Part shown: piece by piece, positions 39,090 to 52,095 of the stretch
How positions within the stretch are numbered: position 1 is the stretch's first letter
Layout of the letters: every line of letters starts with the position of its first letter
NCBI RefSeq assembly: GCF_018977255.1
Contig: NW_024704743.1
Span: forward strand, 92,010,001-92,074,000
Reading direction: 5' to 3'
Origin: Callorhinchus milii
Taxonomy: Eukaryota
Length of the DNA: 64,000 nt
Program-made: the position numbers and the translations under genes
Notes under the pieces: generated by a model
The model's input: the letters and a program-made list of their open reading frames with translations, nothing else
Databases searched by the model: none
Told to the model about the DNA's origin: nothing

Positions 39090-40091
39090 TGTGAAATATT
39101 ATTTACAAAAAAAAGAAATAAAGTTTAATAACACCATCTATTACTCACATTGCAATGAATGTGCAAAGGTGTAACGTTCAACAGCAAAGGTGGGGGCCAG
39201 TTTTATTCTGGAACACAGATTTATGAAACAATTACTTTTACTGCAATTTCCCAACACAATGAATAGAGGTCTGGAGATCACTGTTTTTATACATTTGATA
39301 TTTTAGAGTCAATTAACTCTTTTTTATAAACATGGCCAGGATGTGGTTGCATGTGCTTGTCTGGAAATCTCATTTGATACTTATTAAAGGTCTCATAGCC
39401 TCTGATGAGACTCATGAAAACATTTTTGAATCCTGTTTCTTTAGCTAGTAGTTCATTTAATGTGTTTTCGATAAAACTGATCATACTGATAATACTCTAA
39501 TACAGTATTTAGCAGCCTTAACAATTTTAACACTTTTATTGATTTTATTTTCTCTTCTTCTATTTATGTCCCTCAAAGTAATGACTCTGAGTAAGATGTC
39601 AGTGATGCATGAATCTAGTTTCAAAGCTTCATCACTCTTTACTCTAGAAGATAAATTACAAAATCACTAGAACAGAAGATTGCATGAAGAAGGCCTTTTG
39701 GCCCATCTGACTGCATCCATGCAGATTACCCAGCGTTCCATCCACCAATCAATGCATTAAGTTGCTTTTTACATGACAAGATGGTTTTTAGATAAGAGGT
39801 GGCAAAAGATGCAGCAGTCCACTCACTGTTCAGGGGGAAGTTGCATCTGGGTCTAGATTTCCTCAATTTGTGCAGCTTCTCAGATCACTCAGATTTTGTC
39901 AATTTTTTTAATTCAATCCTAATTTTGAAGTTGGCTTTTTGTGGTTCTTGAAAGAAACTTATAGAAAAAGGCTTCAAAATGAAGACTGCGTTTAAGAATT
40001 TGCCAAATGCTCTGAAATGCTATGTAAATAGAGTAACTCTCGACCCAGGTCAGACTGCTCCCCAGGTGTTAATAATATTCAACAACAGCCA

Positions 40092-40230
40092 ATCTGACGG
40101 AAGGTCGTGGACTCAAAACGTTGACTCACTTTCCTTTCTCTGTAGATGCTGCCTGACCTGCTGAGTGTTCCCAGCAACTTCTGTTTTTGTTTTCAGATTT
40201 CCAGCATCTGCAGCGTTTTATGTTTTGTTA
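40092..40230 (+). mobile_element. Penelope-type short repeat with mutated hammerhead motif
   Basis: ctgacggaaggtcgtggactcaaaacgttgact...agatgctgcctgacctgctgagtgttcccagc...agatttccagcatctgcag. Confidence 0.75.
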
Positions 40231-40707
40231 AGAATATTCAGTTGATCATTTTGAATAGATCTTTTGAAACAGGGGCTAGCTTGCCCTCTCTCCCATCCTC
40301 AAGGAGAAAAAAAAAACCTTGGGATGAAATTACCAATAATATTAATGCAATCTGCAAGCTTCAAAGCTCACAGATGAATCACGATTCAGATTTGCAGTTC
40401 AACATAACAAAGATAAAAGTATCTAAATTCATATTGGTATAGTCAGGTTATATGAGGCCATTATTGATATCTCTATTTGCATAGTTTGCCATGCATCTTA
40501 TTAGAGATGTCCTCTGTCTTCCAAAATTAGTGAGTAGTTACCTGTCTCTCATTACATTATTGAAGAATTTAAGTGGAAAAAATCTTTCTCAGCAATGTTA
40601 GTAAAACAGCACCTGAGTCATTTCTTCTTGTCTTTTGTAAACTCAGGTGGTAATTACTACCAACAAATAGGTTAAAGGGTAAGGAAATAAATCAGGATAA
40701 AATAACA

Positions 40708-41258
40708 AAAATAATAATCCTTGTATTTGATATAGCACTTTATCACATTGTCGATATGCCTCAAAGGACATTACTATAAAGTGCAGTGACTGGATATTTG
40801 TAGGCAAAAATGGCAGTCAATTTACACACAGAAATGTTCCTAAAACAGCATATTGGCCAGGACACCAGGAGAAACTCCCTTCTCTTTTCAAATAGGGCCA
40901 AAGGATCTTTAACGCCCACCTGAACAGGTAGATGGGACCTTGTTTGTGCATCTCATCACAAGGGGTGTGTTGTTGGAGGTGCCTTCCTTTGGATGAGATG
41001 TTAAACCATCTGCCAGTTCAATGGACGATCCCACAGCACTATTCAAAAAGAGAAGGGAGTTTCTTCTCCTGGTGTCCTGGCCAATAACTTACCAAATAAA
41101 ATTAGTCACTCACTCTATGGCTGTTTGTGAAACATTGATGTGTGCAAATTAGCTGCCTCGTTCACCTACAAAATACCTACAGTCACACCACAGTTACAGC
41201 ATATCCTGTGAGGCATCTCAACGACATGATAAGGCATTATATCAAATGTAATTATTAT
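40708..41258. mobile_element. Head-to-head pair of old Deu-SINE 3' halves forming a ~550-bp imperfect palindrome
   Basis: Minus copy ~40708-40960 and plus copy ~40970-41258 are complementary. Confidence 0.8.
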
Positions 41259-43719
41259 CCTCAAATCTAAGACATGGGGAGATTGAACAGAGTTGGAGGA
41301 AGGAAAGAATTTTGTTACAATTTTTTAGGCACTATTGATTCTAAGATGTACTCTGATTTTGGAGTTTTTTTAATGAAAATATTGCACCATAGATTTGAGA
41401 ACTTACAGTATCAGGAATGTTTCAGAACAGGCAACAAGATTTATATTTGTATTAACATTATATTTCCTGAACCTCAACTTCCTACGGGAAGCAACCCACC
41501 ACAGAGATCAAAGACATTTTCCCCAGGACTGAAAGAGAATCAAGGACAACTGCAGAATATTAATACCTCAGAAGTAATAAAACTCTGACTGTGTTTCACA
41601 GTGACTCATTCACATTTCCAGTGAAGCATTTTGCAATATGCACTGCACCATCCAGTATCTGTACTTATTTCAAACATTGTGTGTTTCCCTTCGTGTGCAG
41701 TGCTATTCAATCTTGTGTTATCATTTTAACATGATAGTTGAAAGAATTTTCTGCTTTTTGACAGCAATGTCCTGATGGTTTGCAAACTTTTGGAGATTTT
41801 CTGATATGCTATTCAACTGGGAGATGTCAGCTCAGTGTTTGCTGGTATTTGAGGGAAGCAAAGCATTTCATTATCAAATCCTACAGTTATTGGGGAGCGT
41901 GGGCTTACAGCTCAACTCACCCGGGTGGACTCTGAGCCTGACCCCTGTTTCATTACTGAATTTTGATGGAGGGAAGGCTATCACAAATAGGTTATCAATC
42001 AATACAAGGCAGCCACGTGGATACTGTAATTAATTTTGAGCATACACGGAATCCACTGCAGGTTGTGGTTTGTTTACTGCGGAACAAGGTACCTTAAATG
42101 AGTGTAACGCTCTCTGTTTCACACCGAGTAACATCGTCACTCACTGGCAGGTAATCTACTTTTTTGCTTCTCCTTTGTTTCTTCTTTCCAGCATGCTTTA
42201 CCATTCCGCTGTAGTTTCAGTGTATGACATTGGTAATACAATTACAATAAATTTATATAGTGCCTTTCATCACGTCAAGAGAACATCTCAAAGATCTTCT
42301 GGCAGCTGATTGGTCATCCGTCCTGGGGTTGAGGGAGTGGGAGGTGGAGGTAGAAAGATAATTGAAAGAGTGGTCAAAGAGGTAGGCACAGTCTTAAGGT
42401 ACGGAGCTGATAATAACAATCCTTGCATCTAGATTAAGATAGGGAGGAACAGGGAAACGTAGGAATCTAAGCATTGGAATTAGCCTTTCTGCTCGAACAG
42501 CCAATCCCACCACTTCATCTATGGCTACTCTTCCATGCCTTTTCTCTGTATTCCTTAATAAATTTATTATGAGCACTATGAGACATTTCGACTTTAGGAG
42601 CTGTATCAGACAAAAACGTTATTGTTCCATGTAATGGAAATATTTCTTTACACGGCTGGAACTTCACTTCATTGAATGAATGTGATAACAAACAGCAGGC
42701 TTTAACAAAGTACACTGATTTTCAATATAAATTACATTTAGCATTGTTAACAAGACATGAGGAACTAGTTGCCAGATGCTTAGCAGATGTGGAATGGAAA
42801 CAATGAGAGCTTCTTATCTTTATGGAATTACAAGGGGGGATTTTAATAATAATAATCCTTGCATGTGATATGGAGCTTTTCATGTCAGGAGGATATTTCA
42901 AAGTGCTTCACAGAATTTACTATTAAATGTAGTGACTGCGTATCCTGTAAGTGAAACAACAGCCAGTTTGTGCACAACAATGCCTCACAAACAGCCATGA
43001 AGTGAATTGTAGCAGGTGATGTGATAATTATTATAAAGTACAGAATTTAAAACTCTGTTTGCCCTCAAAGGCTGGCTTGGGGATGAACATTCCCCCACCC
43101 AGACACACACACACAACTTCTGGAAAATGGCTCACCTTCTAACTGTTTCAGCTCCGCATCACCCCTATTTCTGTTTTAAAGATGTAATCATTATAAAGTG
43201 CTTGCAAGATATTATCCAAAATTGATGTTTCAGGGCAATTCTACTTGTCAGTCAGTATAAAAGCATAAGTCGATATAAGAGAGCCTATCCCCTCTGAAGA
43301 GTGAACAGCTCTGAAGATCCCTCTCCCCAATAAAATTGATAATTATCTTGAACATCATTAAGTGTCTCCAGCATTAACTCTGCCTCCCTCCAGAGTACTC
43401 TTCATACTGCCCTCAAAATAATGGCAAATAGGCACAGTCCCTTTGGAATAAAACATTCCATCAGTTTTCAGTAATAAATACTGAAGCTAAATTCTCCTTA
43501 ATGTATTGTTTCCATTCAAATAGACCAGCTGCCAAAATGATGTTGGATATTACATTCTTTCATATTTCCACCGATTGCTACGTTGGCTATTGTTTCCATT
43601 CTGAAGTCTCAATTCTGCTCTGCAGATTTTTTAAACTCTGAAAGCTAATTATAGTCAAGTATTGACTATCCTCCTGTGGGGGGGTGGGGGTGGGGAGGGG
43701 GGCATCCAGGTAAGCGGGG

Positions 43720-43905
43720 TCTTCTTGGAACTGAACTGAAGACTTTCCTCTTCGACTGTGCCTATCGTCATCTCCTCTTTCTCCCTGTTTCAACAATGAA
43801 GCAGGGAGAAAGGGGAGGTGACCATAGGCTGGGCATCAGACCCCATAATTGTTCAGTGCTCTTGAGACTGTACCCCGCACGAATATAAATGTAAATTGTT
43901 GTTGT
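43720..43905 (+). mobile_element. L2 3' fragment containing an internal hairpin
   Basis: ctgaagactttcctcttcgactgtgcct (LKTFLFDCA), then tail ...atataaatgtaaattgttgttgt. Confidence 0.7.
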
Positions 43906-45445
43906 TTCTGGGAGGAGTCACTCTGCGTAGAGGTCAAGACTAATCATTCTGCTCCCTAACCCACGGGCAAGGAGCTCAATCTAGCAGCTCTACCACCACC
44001 CAGCAGTGATTAGCTAAGTCATTTACTTCCTCACAAAATGTCCTTCCTTATCTAGTATTTCAGATTCTTTTGAGAAATTGATTCTGTAGCTCTTTTGAAC
44101 CTCCTCCATCAGAGTATTTATTCTTGCATATTTAATATTTCTAGATGAACTTATTCCATTGGTCTGTTGATAAAGTTATTTTTGGTTACTTGTCTTTCAG
44201 TATCAGATCATTGTACTGATCATAATTCTGATAGAGACTGGGGACAGAGCTGAAAATCCTGGGATACCATATTAGTTACCAAAGGTCATATTAGATTCCA
44301 AAAAGGCATTTGTTGTGAAAAGGCACTTATATTAATAATAATCCTTGCACTTGGGTAGCACTTTTTATATCGGGAGGATGTCTCAAAGAGTTTCATTGGA
44401 TTTACTGTAAAATGAATTGTAAAACTGTGTATTTTGTAGGCAAATGCCTATAGTTATTGCCAAATAGCCTATACTTATTCATGATGATCTCCCGGATATC
44501 ATCTACCAAAAGTTGCTGAAATCCTTTTGAGCAGTAACATTCACCAATAAAGAATAAATTGAAAAAATCCTTTCCATATATCAAAGTTTGAGAAAATGTT
44601 TAAAATGTCTCATGTGATTTATATCAGCTGATAAGGTCCTGCAGTATTAGTATCACGTGTGTCCCATGGCAATTTTGAAATGTTTTAATCATCAATCATT
44701 AATTTAATCATTAAAATCCATGTCACCTCAATCTACAAGCACAACAATAAACAAAAGTCTTTTCCTCCGCACTGACCCAAATACATGTGTAGCTTGGCTG
44801 CACTGGACCATAAATCACCCCAAGCAGCCTTGTCTGGTTTAACATTTTCTGTTGGTTTCATCAATTTGTTTATTCTTTCATAAATTGACTCTAAGCTTTT
44901 TTACTTTGTCTTGCTTGTGAATTCTTTATATCCAAGATAATTACTTCCCCAACCCCAATATTTAGTAAGTTTACACAGAGACTCACTGAAGACAGGTCTG
45001 TCATTAATCTTCTCATTTTGCTTCATAACAAAAATAAGACACAAATTGTCTTTCCTGGGATCTGATCTTGGCAATGAACTAGGGTCAATGAAGCTTTAGT
45101 GAGATGAACACGCGGTATACAATGCAATACAAATTTACATTTATATAGAGCCTTTCATGTCAGGAGGACATCCAAGGCACTTAAATAAATAAGTAAACTG
45201 GAAGGCAAAAATAAGTTGGTTAACTGGTCATTTTGGGTAGGTGTATAGCTAAACAGAGTTCCCATTAATTGTCGTTGTTACAAGTGTAACATTCATCACA
45301 TTATAATCGACTTTCATTTGAATGTTAGCAGGGATAAGGGATTTCAACCTTTAGAGGCTAGACTTTTTCACTGGAACTGAGAATAGAATAATCCAAAAGA
45401 GAACTGGTTAAGTACCAGAACTTATAAAATAAAATTAAGCAAAAT

Positions 45446-45786
45446 TATTATAATAATAATAATATTAATAATAATAATCCTTGCATTTGATATAGCGCTT
45501 TTCACGTCGGGAGGACGTCCCAAAGCGCTTCACAGAACACACTGTAAAGTTAATTGACAGTATATTTGTGGGTGAACGCGGCAGCCAATTGTGCACAGCA
45601 ATGTCCCACAAACAGTCGTAGATTGAAAATGTCCAATTTTTTTATTATTATTGTTTTTGGTTTTGGAGGGATTATTATTAGGTGTGTGGAGTAAGGAAAC
45701 TTGCCCAAGGTTTCGCCCTGCCTGGAATTGAACTCAGGTCTCTCGCTTGCAAAGCGAGTGCTCTAACCACTGAGCTGCAGGACTCC
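45446..45786 (-). mobile_element. Young tRNA-Ala SINE, full length
   Basis: Reverse complement matches 1243-1562. Confidence 0.92.
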
Positions 45787-47454
45787 ATGTTGACCATTGG
45801 GAAAGAGAAGAAAAATAGAAATAATAAAAAGTGCAATTTCAGAAAAACAGGCAATAATGCATATATATGAAGAACTGAATAACATACTTACAAATCATAT
45901 TCAGGACTGAATAGCATGCCTACAAATCATATTCAGGGTTGACTTGCTGGAGGCCTTCAAGTTTATAAAGGGTTGTGATGGAGCAAATTATTATTTCTAC
46001 TTGTTGGTGAGTCAGTAATTGGAGAGTACAAAATGAAAATATTCTCAAAAAACATTTCTTCACTCAGAGGATGGTTGGGGTGAGGAATTTTGTATCACAA
46101 ACAAATTTATAAATTATTTTGAAAGGGACTTGCATAGAATAAGAAGAGAAACTCCAGTACAGAATTGATGGTCTGAATGGCCTGTTATGGTTCTTTACAT
46201 TCTATAAATCTAAATCCACACTAACTACCAATTATGCCCCCTCTACCTTTTAGATGAACATTTATAACATCTCACTTCCAGTTACGGATATTAGGTGAAT
46301 TAGCCTGAAATAGGTGAAATCCCTAGGGTCGTGTGCTCTTTCTTTGAATGTGAGGCTACCAATCGGCATTCTCCAGGAACAGCTTGCTCTGTGTTTAAAA
46401 AGGACCAAAATATATTAGCAGAAGCCGTAACGCAGTGCTTCCATATTCAAGATTTATAAAGTGGCAGAGTGCTTGTTATTTAAAAAAGTGGCAATGCATC
46501 ATCAAGTACAGTGTGAAGACTGGTGACAGATTGGTAAATAGCACCTCAATACACAACATATTACAGCTTTCTTCTCAGTTATCCAAAATTTATGATGCTC
46601 ATTTCTGTCTTACTTTCCTTCTGTCAACCCGTCTTCTGTCCCCCTCAACCCGACGAGTTACATCAAATCACACTTCGTCCTGATTGAAAGTGATTCAAAT
46701 TATTTTCCGAATGATTCAGATTTCTAGGTATTTATTTCCACGTATCTGAAGAATGCAACAATACAGAACGTGTACTCACACTGCCTTGTACATTCACTTA
46801 GTGTAATGGCTTTTCAGCTCTTCTGTTCACAATGCAAAGATTGAATGATGATCTAATTAAATCAGCATTCCACAAATCCAAAATGTACATAAATGGACGG
46901 AAATTGTCAAGCATTCATAAAAGCTCTAACACGTGCTGTAATTGTAAGCTCTAAGAATAACACATTAGGGATCAGCTGTTGTATATTTTTCCTGGGAATC
47001 ATTACAGTGCGTTGAAACATTTGCCCTATTGAACTTTGACCACTGAGATTGTTTTTTAAAAGATGGAACATGACTTTCCTTCAGTTATTGGCATAATTTT
47101 CCTGACTTTTCCCAATCCCGCACCTCCATCCACTGGGACAATGATCCGTTCTTTGGATGAGATATTAAACTGAGGTCTTGTCTGCCTGTTCAGGTGGATG
47201 TTAAAGATCCCATGGCACTATTCAAAATGGAGACAGTGCTTTCCAGTATCTGGCTAACAATTCGCCAAATAACATTGGTCCTTCACTTCATGGTTGTTTG
47301 TGAGACATTACTGTGAGCAAATGGTTTGCCAAGTTTGCCTACAACTTCACTGTAGAATTATATGAAGCACTATGAGACACCCTCTCAATGTGAACTAATA
47401 TAATAAGCTACAGTTTGATCAACACCTTGATAGTAATCCTAATATCTTCACATG

Positions 47455-47800
47455 TCATAAAGACACTGTCACATGGCCGAATATGCAGTCAAAGATGAAG
47501 GTCTTGAGGAGTACCTTGAATAAGGTGAGAGTAGGGGCAAGTTGAAGAGACTCCTGGAAGGAGATCCAGACAATGGAGGCGGATATGCAGAAAAGCCTGA
47601 CTGTTGATGGTGGGCAAGAGATGGGGGTTGTGAAGCAGACCAGTGCCCGCTGAGCAGAGAGAGTGACTGGTTGGTACAATTTGAGGAGGTCACAGAGGTA
47701 GGATGGGGCAAGACCATGGAGAGATTTAAAAGTTAGGACAAGGATCTAGAACTCAATATGCTAAGGGGTGGAGAGCCAGTGGAACGAGGATGGGAGTGAG
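47455..47800 (-). mobile_element. Decayed L2 fragment
   Basis: ...LQLAPTLTLFKVLLKTFIFD and neighbouring L2 C-terminal motifs. Confidence 0.75.
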
Positions 47801-47958
47801 AGGCTCACATAGTCAAATGTGGGAAAGAACACAAGGTGTATAGTTGTGGATAGTGGTTAGCTTGTGAAGGGTCAGAACAGCAGTGGTCTTGGAATCAAGA
47901 GTGGAGGCAGAGAGATAGAGTTTTGTGTCCTCTGTATACATGTGGAAGTTAACACTAT

Positions 47959-48252
47959 GCTTGGAACTCCATCCCCCAGTGCCGGCTCTGGAACTCCATC
48001 CCCCAGTGCCTTCGCCTTGCTTCCTCCCTTTCCTCCTTCAAGGCCGGTCTCAAGACTTTTCTCTTCGACCGTGTCTTCAGCTCCCCTCTCGACTTTCTAC
48101 CCCCTCCTCGCTCCATCCCTTCCCTCCCCTCACCCTGACCATTTCCCCCCTGCTCGGGTCCCGACCCAACTGTCCAGCGCCTTGGGACGTCCTCCCGATG
48201 TGAAAGGCGCTCTATAAATGAAATCTTGTTGTTATTGTTGTTGTTGTTGTTG
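47959..48252 (+). mobile_element. Young L2 3' end inserted in an older L2
   Basis: Matches 38785-39089; 5' 22-mer tggaactccatcccccagtgcc duplicated; (tgt)n tail. Confidence 0.9.
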
Positions 48253-48289
48253 TAGATGACATCGCCAAGTGAGCGCATGCAAATATTAA

Positions 48290-48720
48290 AGAGGAAATGA
48301 ATCAGAATAGAGCCCCTGAGGAATGCAGGGGGGGATCAACACCTTGATAGTAATTCTAATATCTGTGGGGCAGGAGGAGGAGCCATTTGAAGAGACAAAG
48401 TGGAGACGTGAAGACAGAGCCATGAAGGTGAAGTGCTGAAATGAGAGGTGGTGGAGAGACATAGTGTGATTGACAGTGTTGAAGGTCAAGAAGAATGGGG
48501 TGGCAGAGCGAGCCCTGGTCACAGATAGAGAGAGAATGTCATTTATGACTTTGACCAGGGCAGTCTCAGAAACCGGATTGGAGGGATTCATGTAGGGAAT
48601 GCCGGGAGAGGAAATAACATAGCTGAGAAACAATGATTTGTCCTAGTATCTTTGACAGGAAAGGCAGGTTGGGACACTTGCTGCTTTGGAGGGGGTGATG
48701 AAAGCTGAGTACTTTTTCAG
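48290..48720 (-). mobile_element. Decayed L2 RT fragment
   Basis: LPFLSKIL, ESLQSGF, ETALVKVINDIL, FNTVNH and PQG motifs in ORFs 48286-48760. Confidence 0.8.
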
Positions 48721-49721
48721 TCCATACATCACCAGAACTCAATGCCATTACCGATCTCATCTGCTGCTACAAAATGTGATTCTGTCAGTTACTAACAATA
48801 CCAACCACCGGGGCTTGTCAGTGTAAAAGTCACATTGGAATCTATCTGCACAGTTGCAGATGTTATACTTGGAGCAACGTGGGGGGAAAAAAATTGGAAC
48901 AGACTGATCCAGGAACTGAAGCTACCTGGAAATTCATTGGAGCTACAACTGTGCACATTTAATTCTTGCGACAGTCGTTAAAAGACAAGGAAGTATCAAA
49001 GACAAGGTGAAAGGATAAAGGAAATCCCAGAGGGAAAAATGCCTGAAAAGCAATTTTTATTAATTTCATTAAAGGTGTAAAAGATTAATTGGCATTCTTT
49101 AGCTCTGGAAAGCTTCAACAGGGAAGCTTCAGCACTGAAGTCTCTCCAGGGATCCACGCTACCATCTGTTTCCGTTTTGTGTGATGTTTCATGTACAATG
49201 TTATGAGTGTAACATTCAGAATTGTTTCTCATTTTTGGAACTGCTGTTCTGGAACCAAGTAACAAACTGACTTCATAGAAGTATTCCAGTCATTTAGTTA
49301 AAACATCAAGTCAGTTTAAAAAAACAGTTCTACATGTTCTCGTTATTGGAACCATGTCTCATTCACAAAAAAAAACTATCCAAGTCAAGCAGGTTTTGTA
49401 AAACAGGAAGAGAGTGCATGTTATATGTGATTGCTACAAGAAGATTGAATGGTGCTACAGATTAGACTAGACTTTTCACTGATGTCTCGCTCAGGCTAAT
49501 GGGGTGAAAGTCTTCGACAACCGTTAACAACTCTTAAGTGAACTGTGTGTCAGACCAGGTTTTATTACAAGACAAGTTCATGCCAGGTTGGTCTCAATTA
49601 ATTTAGTACTAATTAAGCAAGCTTAGAAATAACACAATGATCCAGTGTGTAAGTGCCTCGTCAGTAAAATAAACCAACTGCAAATATATACATTTTTGAT
49701 TTGTGCAACTATGTTTAATAC

Positions 49722-50100
49722 GAGTCATGTAGCTCAGTGGTTAGAGCACTCGCCTCGCAAGCAAGAGACATGGATTTGATTCCTGGCAGGGTGAAATGTT
49801 GGGCAAGTTTCCTTACTCCAAACACCTCTGTTTACCTAGCAGTAAGTAGGATCCCAGTTGTTAATCGATTGGCAGATCGCTTTACCAGGTATAATAATCC
49901 TTCAAAAATAACAATTATAATAATAATTTGGTCATTCAATCCACGACTGTTTGTGGGACGCTGCTGTGCTCAATTGGTTGCCGTGTTTCTCCCACAAATA
50001 TGCAGTCAATTAATTCACTTTGCAGTATAATCTGTGAAGCGCTTTCAGAAGTCTACAAGACGTGAAAAGCATTATACCAAATGCAAGGATTATTATTATT
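49722..50100 (+). mobile_element. tRNA-derived SINE, long (older) variant
   Basis: Same head and tail as the young SINE plus a ~65-bp internal block at ~49829-49890. Confidence 0.88.
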
Positions 50101-52095
50101 TTTATAGAAATGGAAAGAATGCTAAATAAGGTTGAAGGAGGGTGGAGCAAAAGCAGACAAAGAGGTAGAAAAAGACCCGAAAGATTAAAAATGGGGCTGG
50201 AGGCAAATAATTTGGCAGATGCTATGTTAACGGGCAGATCTCTTAGGTCATAATGCAGATATATGTGCAAGTGTGTTCTTATATGTTATACCCTAGGGAG
50301 GTGCTTGCAATTCTAGTTGGAAAGGGCAGAGGAGAAGTAAGATCAGAAGAACAGCAATGTAGTTTAACACTACAGATAAAGATGAAGAATATGCTGGTTT
50401 CAGAATTTGTACAATTTAAAATTACAGCTTATATTTATATAGGCTTTTCTTGTCCAGCAAAAGTTGCAAAGTGCTTCACAGGTAACCAACTGGGAGCCCA
50501 AGCTGGAGACAGAGCAGAAGTAGGAGAGAAATTGGCCAAAAGTGCAGTAGAAAAGATAATAAAGAATCGTTGCATTTGATTTAGCGCCTTGTCAACTTGA
50601 CTCAGACATTTTTTAAACAAAAGTTACAATAAAGTTGTTCCAAAATCGAATCAAGGGCAATGCTAACAGAACGTAACATGGTACATTACTTCCAGTCAAG
50701 CTGCAATTCAGAGAACAACACTCATTCAACAAATACGCAAACAATTTAAGACATTGATCTGTACAAGAGAAGTGGCTGACATTTTGGGGTTGAAAAGGTA
50801 TAGCATTCCCACAGTTGCCTTTTGTCCATCATTTCTCTGTAGTCGTTGCTGTCACTTGTTCTGCCTATCACTGTGGGGTTTCTAGCACCTTGGGATGTCT
50901 TTCTGATGTGAACTGCGCTATCTAAATGCAATTTGTTGTTGTTGATGTTGTCTTTGAACTTGAATGGCTGTGCAAGTCAAATCACCAATTTCTCAGAGGG
51001 GCATCATTATCCTCTTTGCTCAGTTTCTCGACTCTACTCCCAGTTGTTATTTGCCAATTTTTCATCGCTCCTAGAAACACATTTGTGCAGTATACATTTT
51101 GTTAAAAAATACACATCTACAATAATCCCTTGTTTTCCTTCACCTGGCAGGCTTTTGTGTCTTTAGAGCAAATGTTCCTCAAGTTAAACTGCGTTGTTGT
51201 TTGAGCAAAGAATTAATAAACTAAAGTGTCATGTATGACGAAAGCCTTAGAGGTGATATCATGCCAGTTCTTGTTGGATATAATTGCAGTAGATTTTTGT
51301 CTACATGACAACAAAAAGCTAGGCTTTTTAATGTCAGTGAACATAATTATATACCGTTACAGAATGACCTAAATCATTAAACAACCTGTCATCATAATGT
51401 CAGTGCCATGCCTGAGCTTGAATGCAAATTACACCTGACAGCATTTTTTATCATAAAAGGATAACTGTCACATCTGCGACATTTATTATTCTGGTGCACA
51501 GCGTAAGCATTATTGTGCTCTGTTATTGTGCTGCTTTTACCAAGCTATTGATTTCTTAAACCTTAATGTCTCAAGACCTTTCAGCTGCTTGCATTCCTAC
51601 AGCTGCCTTGATTCCAAAATTATGAACACAATTTTACTGGTCATTCCTTTGTGTACTTGCGTATTGAACTGGCATAATTCTAGTTATTGCCCAGCTTTTT
51701 GTAACCATTATAATAATAATTCAATAACTATAATAATCCTTGCATTTGATGTAGCACCTTTCACATCAGGAAAATATATTTAAGCTCCTCACAGGATATG
51801 TCTCAAAGTGATTTGCAACAACAAGAATAATGTCCCAATGCTCAACAATGTGTGTGAGGGGATTTAGAAAACAAGGTATAATAAATAATTTAAATGTTAT
51901 TTTAACATATTAGTAATTTAAGGCTACTATCTGCAGACATTACGTTATTTCTGATGCTATCACCATAATAACAATCGCCATAATGTTAATGATATTTTCA
52001 TTTCCAGCTGAAAATATACAAAAATGCTTGGCTCATGGAGATAAGAATTCTCCCAGACCTGTCATTTAATGTTAAACCACAGGTGGTATTTTTTT

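Noticed and set aside
46614..46680. Minus-strand exon-like segment with ag and gtaaga boundaries
   Set aside because: Stops in all three frames; at most a non-coding exon, and unsupported.
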